DNA of 35,336 nucleotides from a virus: UHGV virus genome UHGV-0373725; one strand, 5' to 3'. Shown piece by piece: positions 33,623 to 35,336 of this stretch (position 1 is its first letter; each line of letters starts with the position of its first letter). The notes under the pieces were generated by a model. It saw only the letters and a program-made list of their open reading frames with translations, ran no database searches and was not told where the DNA came from. The position numbers and the translations under genes were made by a program.

Positions 33623-33892
33623 ATGACTTTCAGAGTGACGCAGACTATAGGGAAATCTATAGCATACCCAACGCTAGGTGTATGGATGCCACCAGAAGAT
33701 ACTTCGATTGAGGTTGAATACCAGGCTGTATCGTTAATATCGCTAAATAATGGAACAGCGACTGTTTCATTTAAAGTTAGCATTGATGGTTGTCTTTCCA
33801 GTGGGGAGCTTACCCATTCTTTTGTCTACTCTGGGTCTGGAAGCCCTCTTGAAGAGGCAGAGGAATCACTTAAAAGCAAACTCGTAATATAG
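33623..33892 (+). CDS. Hypothetical AT-rich small protein (89 aa) downstream of the tailspike
   Basis: ATG with GAGG Shine-Dalgarno; no signal peptide; composition matches the tailspike C-terminal cassette. Confidence 0.45.
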   Translation: MTFRVTQTIGKSIAYPTLGVWMPPEDTSIEVEYQAVSLISLNNGTATVSFKVSIDGCLSSGELTHSFVYSGSGSPLEEAEESLKSKLVI

Positions 33893-33902
33893 AATTTCAT
33901 TT

Positions 33903-33918
33903 AGTCAGGATTCCGACC
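33903..33918 (+). promoter_or_regulatory. Conserved late element AGTCAGGATTCCGACC, copy 4 (upstream of the lysis cassette)
   Basis: Same core and flank as copy 2. Confidence 0.6.
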
Positions 33919-33926
33919 TTAGCTTC

Positions 33927-33974
33927 GCCTTACCCTCGCATCATTCCACATAGTGATCCCCATGGGGGTAAGGC
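33927..33974 (+). promoter_or_regulatory. RNA stem-loop that sequesters the Shine-Dalgarno of the first holin start codon (sdi-like)
   Basis: 9-bp arms GCCTTACCC / GGGTAAGGC; right arm contains the TAAGG Shine-Dalgarno and abuts ATG 33975. Confidence 0.45.
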
Positions 33975-34205
33975 ATGCGAATGAAGAATTTACCGGATGT
34001 GGCGGCTGGCACGTCGTACATCACATCCACTGTCAGCGGGAGCTACTGGCTGCTGCAACTTCTCGATAAGGTAAGCCCCAGCCAGTGGGCGGCTATTGGC
34101 GTACTAGCCAGTATTGTTTTTGGGCTGCTTACCTACCTCACTAATTTGTATTTCAAAATCAAAGACGACCGGCGGAAGGCACAGGACTATGAGCAACAAA
34201 GCTAA
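33975..34205 (+). CDS. Pinholin, phage 21 S21-like, with Met-Arg-Met dual-start motif
   Basis: Close resemblance to S21 ([11 protein letters not shown]...[17 protein letters not shown]); two in-frame starts at 33975 and 33981. Confidence 0.85.
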   Translation: MRMKNLPDVAAGTSYITSTVSGSYWLLQLLDKVSPSQWAAIGVLASIVFGLLTYLTNLYFKIKDDRRKAQDYEQQS

Positions 34206-34725
34206 GTTCAGCGCCGCTATGCTGGCGCTTCTGGCCGCCGGTGCATCTGCACCGGTACTGTTCGATCAGTTTATCAGCGAAAAAGAAGGTAACGCGCTGG
34301 TGGCCGTTGTTGACCCCGGCGGTGTGTGGTCATTGTGCCACGGAGTAACCGTTATAGATGGCAAGCGTGTCATTAAGGGCCAAAGAGCAACTGAGGAACA
34401 GTGCAGGAAGGTAAACGCCATTGAGCGTGATAAGGCGCTGGCCTGGGTAGAAAAGAATGTGCTCGTTTCTTTGACGCCGCCGCAGAAGGTCGGCATAGCC
34501 TCATTCTGCCCGTACAACATCGGGCCGGGTAAGTGCTTCCCCTCAACGTTCTATCGCAAGCTGAACGCAGGCGACCGTAAAGGTGCATGCGCGGAGATCC
34601 GGCGATGGGTGTTCGACGGAGGCCGGGATTGCCGACTGACCAAAGGCCAGAAGAATGGCTGCTACGGGCAGGTTGACCGCCGCGATCAGGAAAGCGCTTT
34701 GACGTGCTGGGGGCTGTACGAATGA
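34189..34725 (+). CDS. SAR endolysin (signal-anchor-release lysozyme, R21-like)
   Basis: N-terminal Gly/Ala-rich SAR segment ([19 protein letters not shown]) followed by lysozyme catalytic region ([22 protein letters not shown]); overlaps the holin 3' end in another frame. Confidence 0.85.
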   Translation: MSNKAKFSAAMLALLAAGASAPVLFDQFISEKEGNALVAVVDPGGVWSLCHGVTVIDGKRVIKGQRATEEQCRKVNAIERDKALAWVEKNVLVSLTPPQKVGIASFCPYNIGPGKCFPSTFYRKLNAGDRKGACAEIRRWVFDGGRDCRLTKGQKNGCYGQVDRRDQESALTCWGLYE

Positions 34726-35081
34726 ACGGAAAAACCAAACTGGTGATTGTTGGTGGCGTGCTGGCGGTATGCGCCGGGATTTACTGGGCGGGGTATCTGA
34801 AAGGCTGGTACGCACATTCAGAGCAAGTAAACAGCCAGGCTAAACAAAGGCTACCGAAGCAGGAAAAGGCAGTTGCCGCTGGTGAGCAGAAAGCAGCGAC
34901 GGCGAACGCCGAAGCCAAAGTGATTTACCGTACCGTTTATCGTGATGTGGTGAAATATGTCAATGACCCGAATCGTACTGTGTGCCAGTTTGATCCTGCT
35001 GCTGTGCAGCTGCGCCAACGAGCAATCGACGCGGCCAACGCCATCCCCGGATTTGATGAACCGACCGTGCAAGATAAGTAA
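34722..35081 (+). CDS. Rz-like inner-membrane spanin
   Basis: ATGA overlap with the endolysin stop; N-terminal transmembrane segment (LVIVGGVLAVCAGIYWAGY) then charged helical periplasmic domain. Confidence 0.6.
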   Translation: MNGKTKLVIVGGVLAVCAGIYWAGYLKGWYAHSEQVNSQAKQRLPKQEKAVAAGEQKAATANAEAKVIYRTVYRDVVKYVNDPNRTVCQFDPAAVQLRQRAIDAANAIPGFDEPTVQDK

Positions 35082-35196
35082 CGCTGGCGCAGATAGCGAC
35101 GCTGATCTGCTGGCGGATACACAGTCAGCAGAGTGTGTGCGGGAGTTACGTACGAATATCTACCGCTGGCAATCGTGGTACCGCGCGACTGAATAA
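34957..35196 (+). CDS. Rz1-like outer-membrane lipoprotein spanin, +1 frame, overlapping and extending past Rz
   Basis: Lipoprotein-like signal (IVLCASLILLLCSC), Pro-rich mature part (RPTPSPD); starts inside Rz and ends 115 nt beyond it. Confidence 0.5.
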   Translation: MSMTRIVLCASLILLLCSCANEQSTRPTPSPDLMNRPCKISNAGADSDADLLADTQSAECVRELRTNIYRWQSWYRATE

Positions 35197-35336
35197 ATAT
35201 TGAATTTGAGGTATGATAAGCGTCAGAAGATAGTCTAAAACATTGCTGTAACTTATTGTTTTCATGATGCTAGTTTATTAGCGTATGTTCGGTTTTTTTT
35301 CATATCTATTTGATATTTAGAATAATCACCACCAAT

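Larger units (their letters stand above)
1..35336. mobile_element. Integrated temperate phage (prophage), left junction at the tRNA-Leu 3' end; right end not in window
   Basis: Integrase next to tRNA, immunity switch, replication, virion and lysis modules in a continuous block; no second copy of the tRNA 3' end seen in the window. Confidence 0.85.

Noticed and set aside
35145-35264. 39-codon minus-strand ORF in the AT-rich sequence at the right window edge
   Set aside because: No Shine-Dalgarno, very short, and in AT-rich DNA where open frames arise by chance; the region is more likely non-coding or the start of sequence beyond the window.

Overview
The window is almost entirely an integrated temperate phage, inserted at the 3' end of a tRNA-Leu gene (bases 1-54); its right end lies beyond the window. 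It is a mosaic. From left to right: a tyrosine integrase and excisionase-like gene (185-1430, minus strand); a leftward early operon with a Gp157-family protein, an unusually large Rad52-like annealing protein and a small acidic-tailed protein (1640-4911, minus); a 500-bp structured non-coding region (4912-5411); a Rac-like immunity switch (repressor 5412-5825 minus, Cro/YdaS-like and CII/YdaT-like genes plus strand); replication genes (replisome organiser, DnaB-type helicase); a nin-like accessory region with an MT-A70 adenine methyltransferase, two HNH endonucleases and several unknowns (9261-14391); a T7-like virion module (gp6.7-like, portal, scaffold, capsid, tail tubular proteins, internal ejection proteins, terminase, gp17-type tailspike; 14870-33615) interrupted by a GNAT acetyltransferase and an opposite-strand secreted-protein moron; and a phage 21-type lysis cassette (pinholin, SAR endolysin, Rz/Rz1; 33975-35196). 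No T7-type RNA polymerase, rRNA or CRISPR array is present. Three sets of conserved non-coding elements stand out: a hairpin plus GAGGAAAGACCAATG translation-initiation cassette at six gene starts, GAAAGA-loop hairpin repeats in the 4912-5411 region, and a 16-nt palindromic element upstream of four late genes. All homology statements are from reading the translations and recalled family signatures; no database search was run.
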